Shown: positions 19,438 to 28,129, counted from the first letter of the stretch. The stretch is 40,832 bases of DNA from Candidatus Methylomirabilota bacterium (GCA_046725765.1 JBKOZH010000252.1:1-40832), one strand, 5' to 3'. Numbers and translations: made by a program. The notes: generated from the letters alone by a model not told the origin.

Positions 19438-20811
19438 TTACGCGGCGCGCGGGCGCTCGATGGCGGCGGGCGTGACCTCGGCCCGGAGCACGGTTCCCGG
19501 ACCGCGGTTCATCGCCGAGACGAGCAGGCAGTGCAAGATCTCGAGGAGCGCCGCGCCTCCGTCGGTCGGCGCAATCTCCGTCGCGCTCATCATCGCGACG
19601 CAGGCACGCTGCGGCTCCGGCTCGATCGACTCGAGCACCGACAAGAGCGCACGCGCGCCGGCGCCCGGGTCGGCGACGAAGCTGTACGCGGCCACCCGCT
19701 CCGACGTCAGACGTGCCAGCGCGGTCCGGGGGGGCAGTCGCCCGACGATCTCGTCGGTAGCCCGCTGCAGATGCACGAGCTGCTCGTGCGACGCGACCGG
19801 AACCAACGCGGGGACCGACAGCGAGGCCAGCGCGACGACGACACTTTCTCCGCGGGCGAGATGCGCGAGCTCACAGCGGAGAACGTGGCGCCAGCTGTCG
19901 GCGCGCAGCACGCCCGGTCCCTCGATTACGCCTGCGCCCGACGTAGTGCCCGCGAAGACCTCCTGCAGGCGGGCCGCGATGTGCTCCAGAATGCTCAAAT
20001 CGCGCACGTCGAAGGGGACCGCGTGGTGATGCGCAATCATGAGCGCACCGATGGCGTTGCCGTCGTTGGCGCGGATCGGAACCGCCGCGAGCAGCCGCCA
20101 CTCGGCCACCGTAGGCCGCACGGTGCCGCTCGGCATGGCGGCGAGATCCGGCACGATGAGCGTGGAGCCGCTCGCGACGACGTCGAGCGCGTACCCGAGC
20201 ACGCCCTCGGGCTGCATGCCGGCCGGCCAGCCCGATGAGGCGAAGACATTCAAGCGGTCGTCGCCCATGAGCAGCACCGCGGTGTGGGCGTCGTCGAAGT
20301 AGCGCGAGAGCAGCCGGGCACCGATCTGCGCGACGCTGGCAAAGAACGGACGCCGGTGGAGCGTCGACGACACCGCCTCCTTGGCCTGGACGCTCGCTTG
20401 CCGCCGCCGCGCCTCGGTGGCCGCGCCGATGTGGGCGGGCGGCTGGCGATTGGCCAGCAGCGACTCGACCAGCGCGACCAGATCCTCGACGTCGATGGGC
20501 TTGGCCTGGAACACCTCGGCCCCGCGCTTGCGCGCTTCGCGCTCGACGTCGGGGAAGCCCGACATCGCCACGATCAGCGGAAGCGGAGGCGCCAGCTCGC
20601 TGCGCATGTGCGTGATCAGGTCGAGCCCACTCATCTCCGGCATCATGATGTCGGTCACAACGACGTCGGGACGCCAGCGCCGCGCGATCTCGAGCGCGGC
20701 GCGGCCGGACGACGCCGCGCGGACGTCGTGCGAGGTGACGGTCTGCAAGAACGTCACGTAGCTGTCGAGCAGATCCGCGGAGTCGTCCACGAGCAAGATC
20801 TTGCTGCTCAT
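19438..20811 (-). CDS. Response regulator: REC + GAF + degenerate GGDEF-like C-terminal domain
   Basis: Intact receiver (LLVDD, VTDIMMP, QAKP); GAF (LAAVPI...IGALMI...DLSILEHIA); the C-terminal domain identity is inference. Confidence 0.75.
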   Translation of the reverse strand: MSSKILLVDDSADLLDSYVTFLQTVTSHDVRAASSGRAALEIARRWRPDVVVTDIMMPEMSGLDLITHMRSELAPPLPLIVAMSGFPDVEREARKRGAEVFQAKPIDVEDLVALVESLLANRQPPAHIGAATEARRRQASVQAKEAVSSTLHRRPFFASVAQIGARLLSRYFDDAHTAVLLMGDDRLNVFASSGWPAGMQPEGVLGYALDVVASGSTLIVPDLAAMPSGTVRPTVAEWRLLAAVPIRANDGNAIGALMIAHHHAVPFDVRDLSILEHIAARLQEVFAGTTSGAGVIEGPGVLRADSWRHVLRCELAHLARGESVVVALASLSVPALVPVASHEQLVHLQRATDEIVGRLPPRTALARLTSERVAAYSFVADPGAGARALLSVLESIEPEPQRACVAMMSATEIAPTDGGAALLEILHCLLVSAMNRGPGTVLRAEVTPAAIERPRAA

Positions 20812-20941
20812 GACACCTCGAACGTCCGGGACGCCACCGTCCTGCCAAAGGGCCGCATGGTGTCGGTGCGTGCGCGAATGGCTCTAGCCACCCGCCTTGC
20901 GTATGCTGAGAGCCGACTTTCCAGGACACGGGAGGAGCCAC

Positions 20942-21793
20942 ATGGAGCGACGCGATTTCCTCAAGTGGAGCGCCGCCGCCACGTTCGTGCTTGGGACCGA
21001 GCCGACCTGGGCGCAGAGCGCCAAGACCGAAGTGCACTGGCTCGGGCAGGCGACGACCAGGATCACCACGCCGAGCGGCAAGGTCATCGTGATCGATCCG
21101 TTCTTGACGACGAATCCAAAAACGCCGCAAGAGTTCAAGAACCTCGACAAGCTCGGCAAGGTCGACGTCATCCTGATCACGCATGGCCACGGCGATCACG
21201 TGGGGACGGCCGGGCGCACCGACGGCGGCAGCGACGCGGCGGACCTGGCGCAGCGCACCGGTGCGAAGGTGTTCGGGCCGGCGGGCCTGATCCAGACGCT
21301 GATCGATGTGGGCTGGGTCACCGCCGAACAGGGCGTCCGGTTCGGCAAGGGCGGTACGGTCACGCCGCTCGGCCCGCAGATCAAGATCACGCAGGTTCGC
21401 GCCGAGCACTCGTCGGAGATGACCATCGTCGACCCCGCGACCAAGAAGACGCGCACGTATGTCGGCGGTGAGCCGGCCGGATTCATCATCGAGACCGAAA
21501 ACGGCGTCAAGATCTATCACATGGGCGATACTGGGCTCTTCGGCGACATGAAGCTGATCGGCGAGTACTACAAGCCCGACGTCATTCTGATCCCGATCGG
21601 CGGGCATTTCGTGATGGATCCGCGCGACGCCGCCTATGCGACGCGGGACATGCTCAAGCCCAAGCACGCCGTGCCGATCCACTACGGGACGTTCCCCGTG
21701 CTGAAGGGCACGCCGCAGGAGTATCAGAGCTTCCTCGGCCAGGCGTCGACGCAGGTGCATCCGATCAGTCCTGGCGACAAGCTCACGTTCTGA
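20942..21793 (+). CDS. Tat-exported metal-dependent hydrolase, metallo-beta-lactamase fold (UPF0173-like)
   Basis: Twin-arginine signal MERRDFLK...TWA|QS; THGHGDH, EHSS, HMGDT, PIHY; RBS GGAGGAG. Confidence 0.9.
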   Translation: MERRDFLKWSAAATFVLGTEPTWAQSAKTEVHWLGQATTRITTPSGKVIVIDPFLTTNPKTPQEFKNLDKLGKVDVILITHGHGDHVGTAGRTDGGSDAADLAQRTGAKVFGPAGLIQTLIDVGWVTAEQGVRFGKGGTVTPLGPQIKITQVRAEHSSEMTIVDPATKKTRTYVGGEPAGFIIETENGVKIYHMGDTGLFGDMKLIGEYYKPDVILIPIGGHFVMDPRDAAYATRDMLKPKHAVPIHYGTFPVLKGTPQEYQSFLGQASTQVHPISPGDKLTF

Positions 21794-22674
21794 GCGCATC
21801 CGACGCGCGCCGGCAGACGATCACGCTCGCCACCTGCGCCGCCTGGCCGGCGTTGAGCGCGAGCGACGCGTGTCTTGCGGCGGCGCTTCGTGCGCGCGGA
21901 TCGAGCGTGGTGTCGGCGCCGTGGAACGGCCCGTTCGAGCCGTTCGCGCACGGTGCGGTCGTGATCCGCTCGACGTGGGACTATCACGAGGCGCCCGACG
22001 CGTATCTCGGCTGGCTCGATCGCCTGCCCGCGACTCGAACGTTCAACGCTCCGCCGCTGATCCGCTGGAATCTGGCGAAGACGCACGTGCTGGATCTCGC
22101 GGAGCGGGGGGTGGCGGTGCCCCGCTCGATGGTGGCCGCCGCCGAGTCGGCCGCAATCGCGTCCGCGCTGAGCGCGCTCGGGCTTGCCGACGCGGTGATC
22201 AAACCGCTCGTGGGCGCCAGCGGCTTCGGCGTGGAGCGCGTGAGACGGGGCGACGAGGCCGGCGCGCTGGCCCGCGCGCTCGCGCGCAAGCCGACGGCTC
22301 GCGTGCTCGTCCAGGAGTTCCTGCCGGCCATCGCCGACGGTGAGCTGGCCGGGGTTTTCTTCGACGGCGTGTTCTCACACGGGCTGCGCCGCGTCCCGAT
22401 CCCCGGCGAGTTCCGGATCAACGCCCAGTACGGCGGCCGAGTGGAGGCGATCACGCTGCCGTCCGACGTCGTCGCGGCGATGGCGGGCGTCGTCCCGCTG
22501 CTGCCGGCGCGCCCGCTCTACGCGCGCGTCGACGGCGTCGTCCAGGCAGGGCGGTTCATGCTGATCGAGGTCGAGGTCAACGAGCCGGGCCTCGGCCTCG
22601 ATCTCGTAGCGGGCGCGGCCGACCGTTTCGCCGACGCGCTGCTCGCGCGCGTCAGTGTGACGTCGCGTGGATGA
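21790..22674 (+). CDS. ATP-grasp protein (RimK/glutathione synthetase-like)
   Basis: IRSTWDY, RWNLAK, VIKP.VGASG, LVQEF, YARVDG, EVEVNEP. The family-like N-terminus ITLATC..P.L..SD lies upstream of TTG 21853, implying a CTG start at 21790. Confidence 0.85.
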   Translation: MSASDARRQTITLATCAAWPALSASDACLAAALRARGSSVVSAPWNGPFEPFAHGAVVIRSTWDYHEAPDAYLGWLDRLPATRTFNAPPLIRWNLAKTHVLDLAERGVAVPRSMVAAAESAAIASALSALGLADAVIKPLVGASGFGVERVRRGDEAGALARALARKPTARVLVQEFLPAIADGELAGVFFDGVFSHGLRRVPIPGEFRINAQYGGRVEAITLPSDVVAAMAGVVPLLPARPLYARVDGVVQAGRFMLIEVEVNEPGLGLDLVAGAADRFADALLARVSVTSRG

Positions 22675-22722
22675 TCGGCTTCGCGGTGGCGCAATGAACG
22701 CTGAACGCGTTATCGTGCAGGC

Positions 22723-23982
22723 ATGGCCCGCCTCAAGCCGGGCAAGCGCAGCCGTTTGCCGGACACGGCGTTCGCGTACGTCGACGCCCATGGCCGGCGG
22801 CGGTTGCCGATCCACGACAAGGCGCACGTGCGCAACGCGCTCGCCCGGTTCAATCAGGTCGGTTTCGAGAGCGAGGCGGCGCGCGAGCGCGCCCGCCGCC
22901 GGCTGCTGAACGCGGCGAAGAAGTACCGCATCGTGCCGGTCGGCTTCATCACCGGCCAGCTGCGATCCGAGCGACGGCACGCGGCGGCCGGGCGTCTGGT
23001 GATCGAGCTCGGTCGCAATCCGGCGCCGGGCGAGCTCGAGCAGCGACTGCGCACCGTGCTGCGCGATCCGACGCTCGCCGTCCTGCACTGGTCCGACGCC
23101 TCCGGCGCGTACCTCGACGGCGCGGGCAAGCCGACGGCGCTTCCGCGAAAGACCGACGGCCGTGGGGTGACCTACCTCGAGCGAGGCGGCCGGCCGATGA
23201 CGGCGGTCGTCCACGATCCCGCCATTCTCGACGACCCGGCGCTCGCGGAGACGGTGCTCGAGGCCGTGCGCTTCGTCGTCGAAAGGGATCGCCTGCACGG
23301 ACAGATCCAGGCGACGTCGACCGAGGCCGCGGCGTTGCCGACGGGCTTCGTCACGCTGCTCATGACCGATATCGAGTCATCCACCGCGCTGCTGCGCAGG
23401 CTGGGCGACCGCTACGCCGCGGTGCTGAACGACGTCAGAGCCGTCGTCCGGGCGGCCGTGCTGGCCGCCGGCGGCCGCGAGATCGACGCGCGCGCCGACG
23501 AGTACTTCGCCGTCTTCGAGCGCGCGTCCGCCGCGACCGAGGCGGCGGTGACGCTCCAGCGCGAGCTCGCGACGCGCTCGTGGGCCGAAGCCGTCGAGGT
23601 GCGCGTGCGCGTCGGCGTGCACAGCGGCCGCCCCACGCTGACCGATGTCGGCTACATCGGTCTGGCCGTGCACACCACGGCGCGCGTCTGCTCGGCGGCG
23701 CACGGCGGACAGATCGTCGTCTCCGCCGCCGCGCGCGCCGCGGTCGGGACGTCGCCGTTATCGGGTGTGCGGTTTCGCAGTCTCGGCCGGCATCGCTTGC
23801 CGGGCCTGCCCGAGCCCGAGATGCTGTTCCAGATCCACGCCGGCGGCTTGCGAGCCAGCTTTCCGCGGCCGCGCACGGCGCGCGCTGCGGCGCGGCGGCG
23901 TGCGCCCGCCGAGCGGCGCGTGCCGGCGAAGACCGGCTCGCGGCGCGACGAGGGGCAGCTCGAGCTGCCGCACTCCTCATGA
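22723..23982 (+). CDS. Class III adenylate/guanylate cyclase with N-terminal DUF6582-like domain and GAF-like middle domain
   Basis: LPDTAFAY...RRLPIHDKAHVRNALARFNQ N-terminus; LPTGFVTLLMTDIESST, RADEYFAVF, VRVRVGVHSG, YIGLAVHTTARV..AAHGGQI. Confidence 0.85.
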   Translation: MARLKPGKRSRLPDTAFAYVDAHGRRRLPIHDKAHVRNALARFNQVGFESEAARERARRRLLNAAKKYRIVPVGFITGQLRSERRHAAAGRLVIELGRNPAPGELEQRLRTVLRDPTLAVLHWSDASGAYLDGAGKPTALPRKTDGRGVTYLERGGRPMTAVVHDPAILDDPALAETVLEAVRFVVERDRLHGQIQATSTEAAALPTGFVTLLMTDIESSTALLRRLGDRYAAVLNDVRAVVRAAVLAAGGREIDARADEYFAVFERASAATEAAVTLQRELATRSWAEAVEVRVRVGVHSGRPTLTDVGYIGLAVHTTARVCSAAHGGQIVVSAAARAAVGTSPLSGVRFRSLGRHRLPGLPEPEMLFQIHAGGLRASFPRPRTARAAARRRAPAERRVPAKTGSRRDEGQLELPHSS

Positions 23983-24368
23983 GCACCCCGCAGAAACGCC
24001 TGCTGATCGTCGACGACGAGCCGCTCATCACCGACGTGCTGAGCGAGCACTTCAAGGCGAATTACGCGGTCGAGACCGCGCTGAACGGCGCCGACGCGCT
24101 GGCGGCCGTGCGCCGCGCGCGTCCGGACATCGTGTTTCTGGACATCACGATGCCGCGCATGAGCGGGATCGAGGTCTTGAAGGAGATCAAGACGATCGAT
24201 CCGACGATCGTGGTGATCATGGTGACGGCCAACGACCACGTCGCGCTGGCCGCCGAGGCCATCAAGAGCGGCGCAGTGGCGTACGTGCCGAAGCCGTTCG
24301 ACCTGCGCTACCTGGATCACATCGTCGCGGATCTCGTCGCGAAGTCCGGCGCGCGCCCGGCGCGCTGA
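23979..24368 (+). CDS. Single-domain CheY-like response regulator
   Basis: LLIVDDE, VFLDITMP, MVTA, VPKPF; ATGA overlap with the cyclase stop. Confidence 0.92.
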   Translation: MSTPQKRLLIVDDEPLITDVLSEHFKANYAVETALNGADALAAVRRARPDIVFLDITMPRMSGIEVLKEIKTIDPTIVVIMVTANDHVALAAEAIKSGAVAYVPKPFDLRYLDHIVADLVAKSGARPAR

Positions 24369-25398
24369 CCGACGCGCGCCGCGCCTTCGTGCCGGCGCGG
24401 CGGTCCTCGAGCTCCTCGATCAGCGCCTCACGGTCCGGCGCATGCCAGTCCTCGAGCAGCATTTCCTTGAGCCGCAGGCCATTGATGACGGGATAGTCGC
24501 GGCGGTTGTTGTTCATCGCCAGATGGACGCGTTCCGCACGACCGTTGAGCGCGCCGGCCGCCCGCGCGATCTCCTCGAGCTCGCGCTCGTTGTAGAGGTA
24601 ATCGTATTTCTCCGCGACCGTCGGGCTCTTGCCCTGGACCTGTGCCAGGAACCCCGCGAAGTTCCGGCCGTGCAGCCGGAACACGGCGTGGGGTGTGGTG
24701 AGCGCCGGCAGCGAGGGAACCGTGGCGCGACTGCGCGGTCCGTCGATGCAGACGTAGCTGAGGCCGTGATCGCGCAGGAAGGCGAGCGTTTCGTCGGTGT
24801 GGGCACCGAACCACGAGCGATGACGAAACTCCACGGCGACGACCGTGTCGGGCAGCTCCCGCGGCAGGCCGGCGAGACCCGCCAGCACGGTGTCGGAGCG
24901 TGTCATCCACGGCGCCAGCTGAAACAGGACGTAGCCCAGCTTGCCGGCCTGCCGCAGCGGGGTCAGGCTCGCGCGCAGCTCGGCGAACGCCCACGCACGA
25001 GCCTCGGGCGGAATCGCGTCGGCCGCGACACGCCCGCGCGCACCGCGACGCGCCGCGGCCGGCAACAGCGCCTTCAGCGGCTCCGGCGCACGCGCGAGAT
25101 CAACGCCATGGCCGGTGAGCAGCCGGTACGCCTTGGCGTTGAAGAGAAAGCCCGGCGGCGTGCGCTCGGCCCACGCCGCCGTCGTCTCGACCGCGGGAAT
25201 GGCGTAGAAGCTGCTGTTGACCTCGACGGCATCGAAGAAGTGCGCGTACCACCACAGCCGCTCTTCCGCGGTCATCGTCCGCCGCGGGTAGAACTCGCCT
25301 TCCTGGAGCATGGACTTGTCGGTCCACGCCGACAGGCCGATGCGATAGTCGGTGCGCGCGCGCTTCGGCGCCTGGTAGAGAACGAGCGGCGGCTTCAG
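24262..25398 (-). CDS. DUF72 (YecE/UPF0759) family protein
   Basis: YRIGLSAWTD, YAHFFDAVEVNSSFY, VEFRHRSW, FRLHGRN, YDYLY; the likely start is CTG 25398 after GAGGAG. Confidence 0.87.
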   Translation of the reverse strand: MKPPLVLYQAPKRARTDYRIGLSAWTDKSMLQEGEFYPRRTMTAEERLWWYAHFFDAVEVNSSFYAIPAVETTAAWAERTPPGFLFNAKAYRLLTGHGVDLARAPEPLKALLPAAARRGARGRVAADAIPPEARAWAFAELRASLTPLRQAGKLGYVLFQLAPWMTRSDTVLAGLAGLPRELPDTVVAVEFRHRSWFGAHTDETLAFLRDHGLSYVCIDGPRSRATVPSLPALTTPHAVFRLHGRNFAGFLAQVQGKSPTVAEKYDYLYNERELEEIARAAGALNGRAERVHLAMNNNRRDYPVINGLRLKEMLLEDWHAPDREALIEELEDRRAGTKARRASVSAPGARRTSRRDPRRCDPGSAGRTASARTPLRRS

Positions 25399-25562
25399 GT
25401 GAACGTTTCTCCTCGGTGACCGTGCGTCTCAGGGTTTCCGCGGCCCCGGGGCCATACGCTACACCCCTTCGCGGGGTCGGGTCCCCGGCGCACGCTCCGG
25501 ACCGCGTGTCTGAAACGTTGGACATTCTCGGCGCGTGCGATCGGCACTATCGTGAGCTCGCG

Positions 25563-25781
25563 ATGACGGGCTGCGTGCGCTTCTACGACGGGGCAACGCG
25601 CTGGGGCGTGGTCGTCGGCGACGACGGCGGGCTCTACATGATTCAGGGCCAGCCGCTGGGGCCGCCGTTCCGCGACGGCGAGCGCATTCGCTTCGAGCCG
25701 ATGCAGGCCCCGGGCGGCCCGCGCGCGACGAGCATTCAGCGCCTGGGTGTCTTTCCGCGACCGACGGCGGGCGCGCGCTGA
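25563..25781 (+). CDS. Degenerate cold-shock-domain-like small protein
   Basis: MTGCVRFYD..RWGVV..DDG.LY...GERIRFE....GGPRATSI follows the CSD strand layout. Confidence 0.65.
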   Translation: MTGCVRFYDGATRWGVVVGDDGGLYMIQGQPLGPPFRDGERIRFEPMQAPGGPRATSIQRLGVFPRPTAGAR

Positions 25782-25789
25782 GCGCGCCC

Positions 25790-26086
25790 TCACATCGCGG
25801 TGCGCGCCGCCCGGCGCAGGACGAGCGCCACGACCCCGGTCTCGTAGAGCTCTTCCGCGAGGAACACACCGCCGAAGACGAGTAGCCACGTCTGCGTCAG
25901 GATCAGTCCGCCGGCGAGCGCCCACGCGGCAATCGCCACGACGAGTCCGCGGATGCCGCGGATCAGCGAAAGCGACGACGAGTCGTCATCGGCGGCACGC
26001 AGCGCGCGGAGCACCAGCCGTGCGCCGCGCACCGCCGCCCACGCGCCGCCGGCCGCGAACAGCACGGCCAGGATAGACGCTGTCAC
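25790..26086 (-). CDS. Small hypothetical membrane protein
   Basis: GTG 26086 overlaps the upstream stop (GTGA); 3 hydrophobic segments; FLAEELYETG. Confidence 0.7.
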   Translation of the reverse strand: MTASILAVLFAAGGAWAAVRGARLVLRALRAADDDSSSLSLIRGIRGLVVAIAAWALAGGLILTQTWLLVFGGVFLAEELYETGVVALVLRRAARTAM

Positions 26087-26475
26087 GCCGCAACCTCGTG
26101 CAGCCGGCGCAGGCCGATGACCTCGAGGATGGCGAAGGTGAGCACGGCCAGCGCCACCGCGGCGACGGCGATGTTGCCCAGCGGGGTCAGCATGCCGAGC
26201 TCGATCACCGCGATGCTGCCGAGCACCCACGCGGCGTTCAGCACGACGGCCGCCACCGTTTCGGCGCGGCCCACGCGGGAGCGGCCGGCATTCCACAGCA
26301 GCGCCGCCGCGTACAGCACCAGGCCGGCGCCCACGACGCGCGCGACGGCAGGCGTCGACAGTCCGATGAGCGCGGATACCGGCCTCGCGGCGAAGAGCAG
26401 GAGCGCGCCGGTGAGCCCCGAGGCAATGCCGTCGAGTCGGAGACTGTGCCGGAGAAACCGAGCCGAGTCCTTCAT
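26083..26475 (-). CDS. Hypothetical 4-TM membrane protein
   Basis: AAGGAGG RBS before ATG 26475; FLRHSLRLDGIASG...LNAAWVLGS; four hydrophobic helices. Confidence 0.8.
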   Translation of the reverse strand: MKDSARFLRHSLRLDGIASGLTGALLLFAARPVSALIGLSTPAVARVVGAGLVLYAAALLWNAGRSRVGRAETVAAVVLNAAWVLGSIAVIELGMLTPLGNIAVAAVALAVLTFAILEVIGLRRLHEVAA

Positions 26476-26590
26476 GCCGTCCTCCTTTTCAATCACTGCT
26501 GACGCATGGTGACGCGGGGAGGGAAGCGTCTCAATTACCCGCGACGTAATGGGGTACACTCGCGCACACTCTGCCCACAGGAGATCGGCC

Positions 26591-27373
26591 ATGGCTCTGC
26601 TCGACGGGAAAGTCGCCGTCATCACGGGAGCGTCGAAGGGAATCGGCCGCGCGCTCAGCCTGCGATTTGCGCAGGAGAAGGCCGCCGTCGTCTGCGCGGC
26701 GCGCTCCGCGGACCTCGTGCGAGAGACGGCGGACCTGGTTACGAAGGCCGGCGGACACGCCATCGCCGTCACCTGCGACGCGGCGAAGGAAGACGACGTC
26801 AAGCGCATGATCGAGGCGGGGGTGAAGGCGTTCGGCCGCATCACGACGCTCGTCAACAACGCGGGCGACGGCGGGCCGACGAAGCCGGTGCAGGACTACA
26901 CGATGGACGACTGGCTGTATACGATCCATTCCTGCCTGACGAGCTCGTACGTCTGCACGCGCTTCGCGGTGCCGGAGATGCTCAAGGCGGGCGGTGGCTC
27001 GATCGTCAACATCTCGTCGGGCGCGGGGCGGCGCGGGCTGCCATACCGAATCGGCTATTGCTCGGCGAAGGCGGGCCAGGTCGGCATGGCGTACGGGCTT
27101 GCGCTCGAGCTCGGTCCGCAGGGGATCCGCGTCAACGTCGTGGCGCCGGGTGCGGTCGAGGGCGACCGGATCGATCGGGTCATCGCCGGCCAGGCGCAGA
27201 TGCGCGGCGTGAGCGAGGAGGCGATGCGCAAGGCCATGCTCGAGCGCTCACCACTCCGACGCATGACGACGGCCGGCGACATCGCCGAGGCCGCGCTGTT
27301 CCTGGCGAGCGATCTGGCGAAGAACATCTCCGGCCAGGTGCTCGCGGTCAACGCCGGAGAGCCCGCCGGCTAA
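26591..27373 (+). CDS. SDR family NAD(P)-dependent oxidoreductase
   Basis: TGASKGIG, LVNNAG, VNISS, YCSAK, VNVVAPG; RBS AGGAG. Confidence 0.93.
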   Translation: MALLDGKVAVITGASKGIGRALSLRFAQEKAAVVCAARSADLVRETADLVTKAGGHAIAVTCDAAKEDDVKRMIEAGVKAFGRITTLVNNAGDGGPTKPVQDYTMDDWLYTIHSCLTSSYVCTRFAVPEMLKAGGGSIVNISSGAGRRGLPYRIGYCSAKAGQVGMAYGLALELGPQGIRVNVVAPGAVEGDRIDRVIAGQAQMRGVSEEAMRKAMLERSPLRRMTTAGDIAEAALFLASDLAKNISGQVLAVNAGEPAG

Positions 27374-27409
27374 CGCGCGCGCGAGATCACCCGCGCGCAG
27401 CGGGAGACG

Positions 27410-28129
27410 CTACCAGCGCGCGCCGAGTCCGACCAGACCGGTGTGGCTGTTGAGCTCGGTGCGCAGCGTCGCCTTGTGGGCGTTGATGTCTCGGATCTCG
27501 AACTCGTGCTCGACGTGCGTGTAGCGATACTCGCCGAAGACCATGAGATTGCGGAAGATGTAGACCGCGAGTCCAGCGCCGCCCTTGTACCCGAACGAGA
27601 TATCCGTGTCGCCGTCGGCGTTTCGGAACAGGGGCGAGTTGCGCGGCGTGAACGAGGTGATGAACAGCGGCGCCCCCGCGAGCAGATACGGCTGCACGCG
27701 GCCGCCGGGCGCCGTCTCCGACCGAAAGAGCGGCAGGCGCAGGAACACGTCGAGCGACAGCGCCATCGCGCTCACGTCGTACGAGCCGAAGCTGATCTTG
27801 GTGTTCGTCACGCAGCTCGACAGCGGGCAGCCGTCGACGCGGACAGACTGCGCGCCGATGTTCGGCGTGAAGTTGAAGTAGTCGACACCGAGGCCGAGGA
27901 AGGGAACGGCGTCGAACCAGCGGCCGAAGCGCCCGCCATACGCGAGTCCCGTGTCGAACTCGACGTCCTGATATTTTGCGTGTCCGGGGCCGTCGCTGCG
28001 GACCTTGATGTCGTCTTTGTCGGTGAGCGTTGCGCCGACGTAGATGTCGGCGAACCACTCGGCGGAGCAGGACTGCACACTCACGATGAGGCAGGCGATG
28101 GCGACGCTCACCAGCAGCGCAGTCTTCAT
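27410..28129 (-). CDS. Outer-membrane beta-barrel protein (OmpA/OmpW-like 8-strand type)
   Basis: Signal peptide, alternating amphipathic strands, QPYLLAG, FGEYRY, C-terminal Trp. Confidence 0.82.
   Translation of the reverse strand: MKTALLVSVAIACLIVSVQSCSAEWFADIYVGATLTDKDDIKVRSDGPGHAKYQDVEFDTGLAYGGRFGRWFDAVPFLGLGVDYFNFTPNIGAQSVRVDGCPLSSCVTNTKISFGSYDVSAMALSLDVFLRLPLFRSETAPGGRVQPYLLAGAPLFITSFTPRNSPLFRNADGDTDISFGYKGGAGLAVYIFRNLMVFGEYRYTHVEHEFEIRDINAHKATLRTELNSHTGLVGLGARW

Noticed and set aside
20942-21793. Beta-lactamase/resistance call
   Set aside because: Motif pattern fits UPF0173-type hydrolases, not class B beta-lactamases
20942-23982. Pycsar/CBASS-like anti-phage system (cyclase + MBL)
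   Set aside because: No TM, TIR or cNMP-binding effector; the MBL is Tat-exported and the cyclase is coupled to a CheY-like receiver, which fits ordinary signalling
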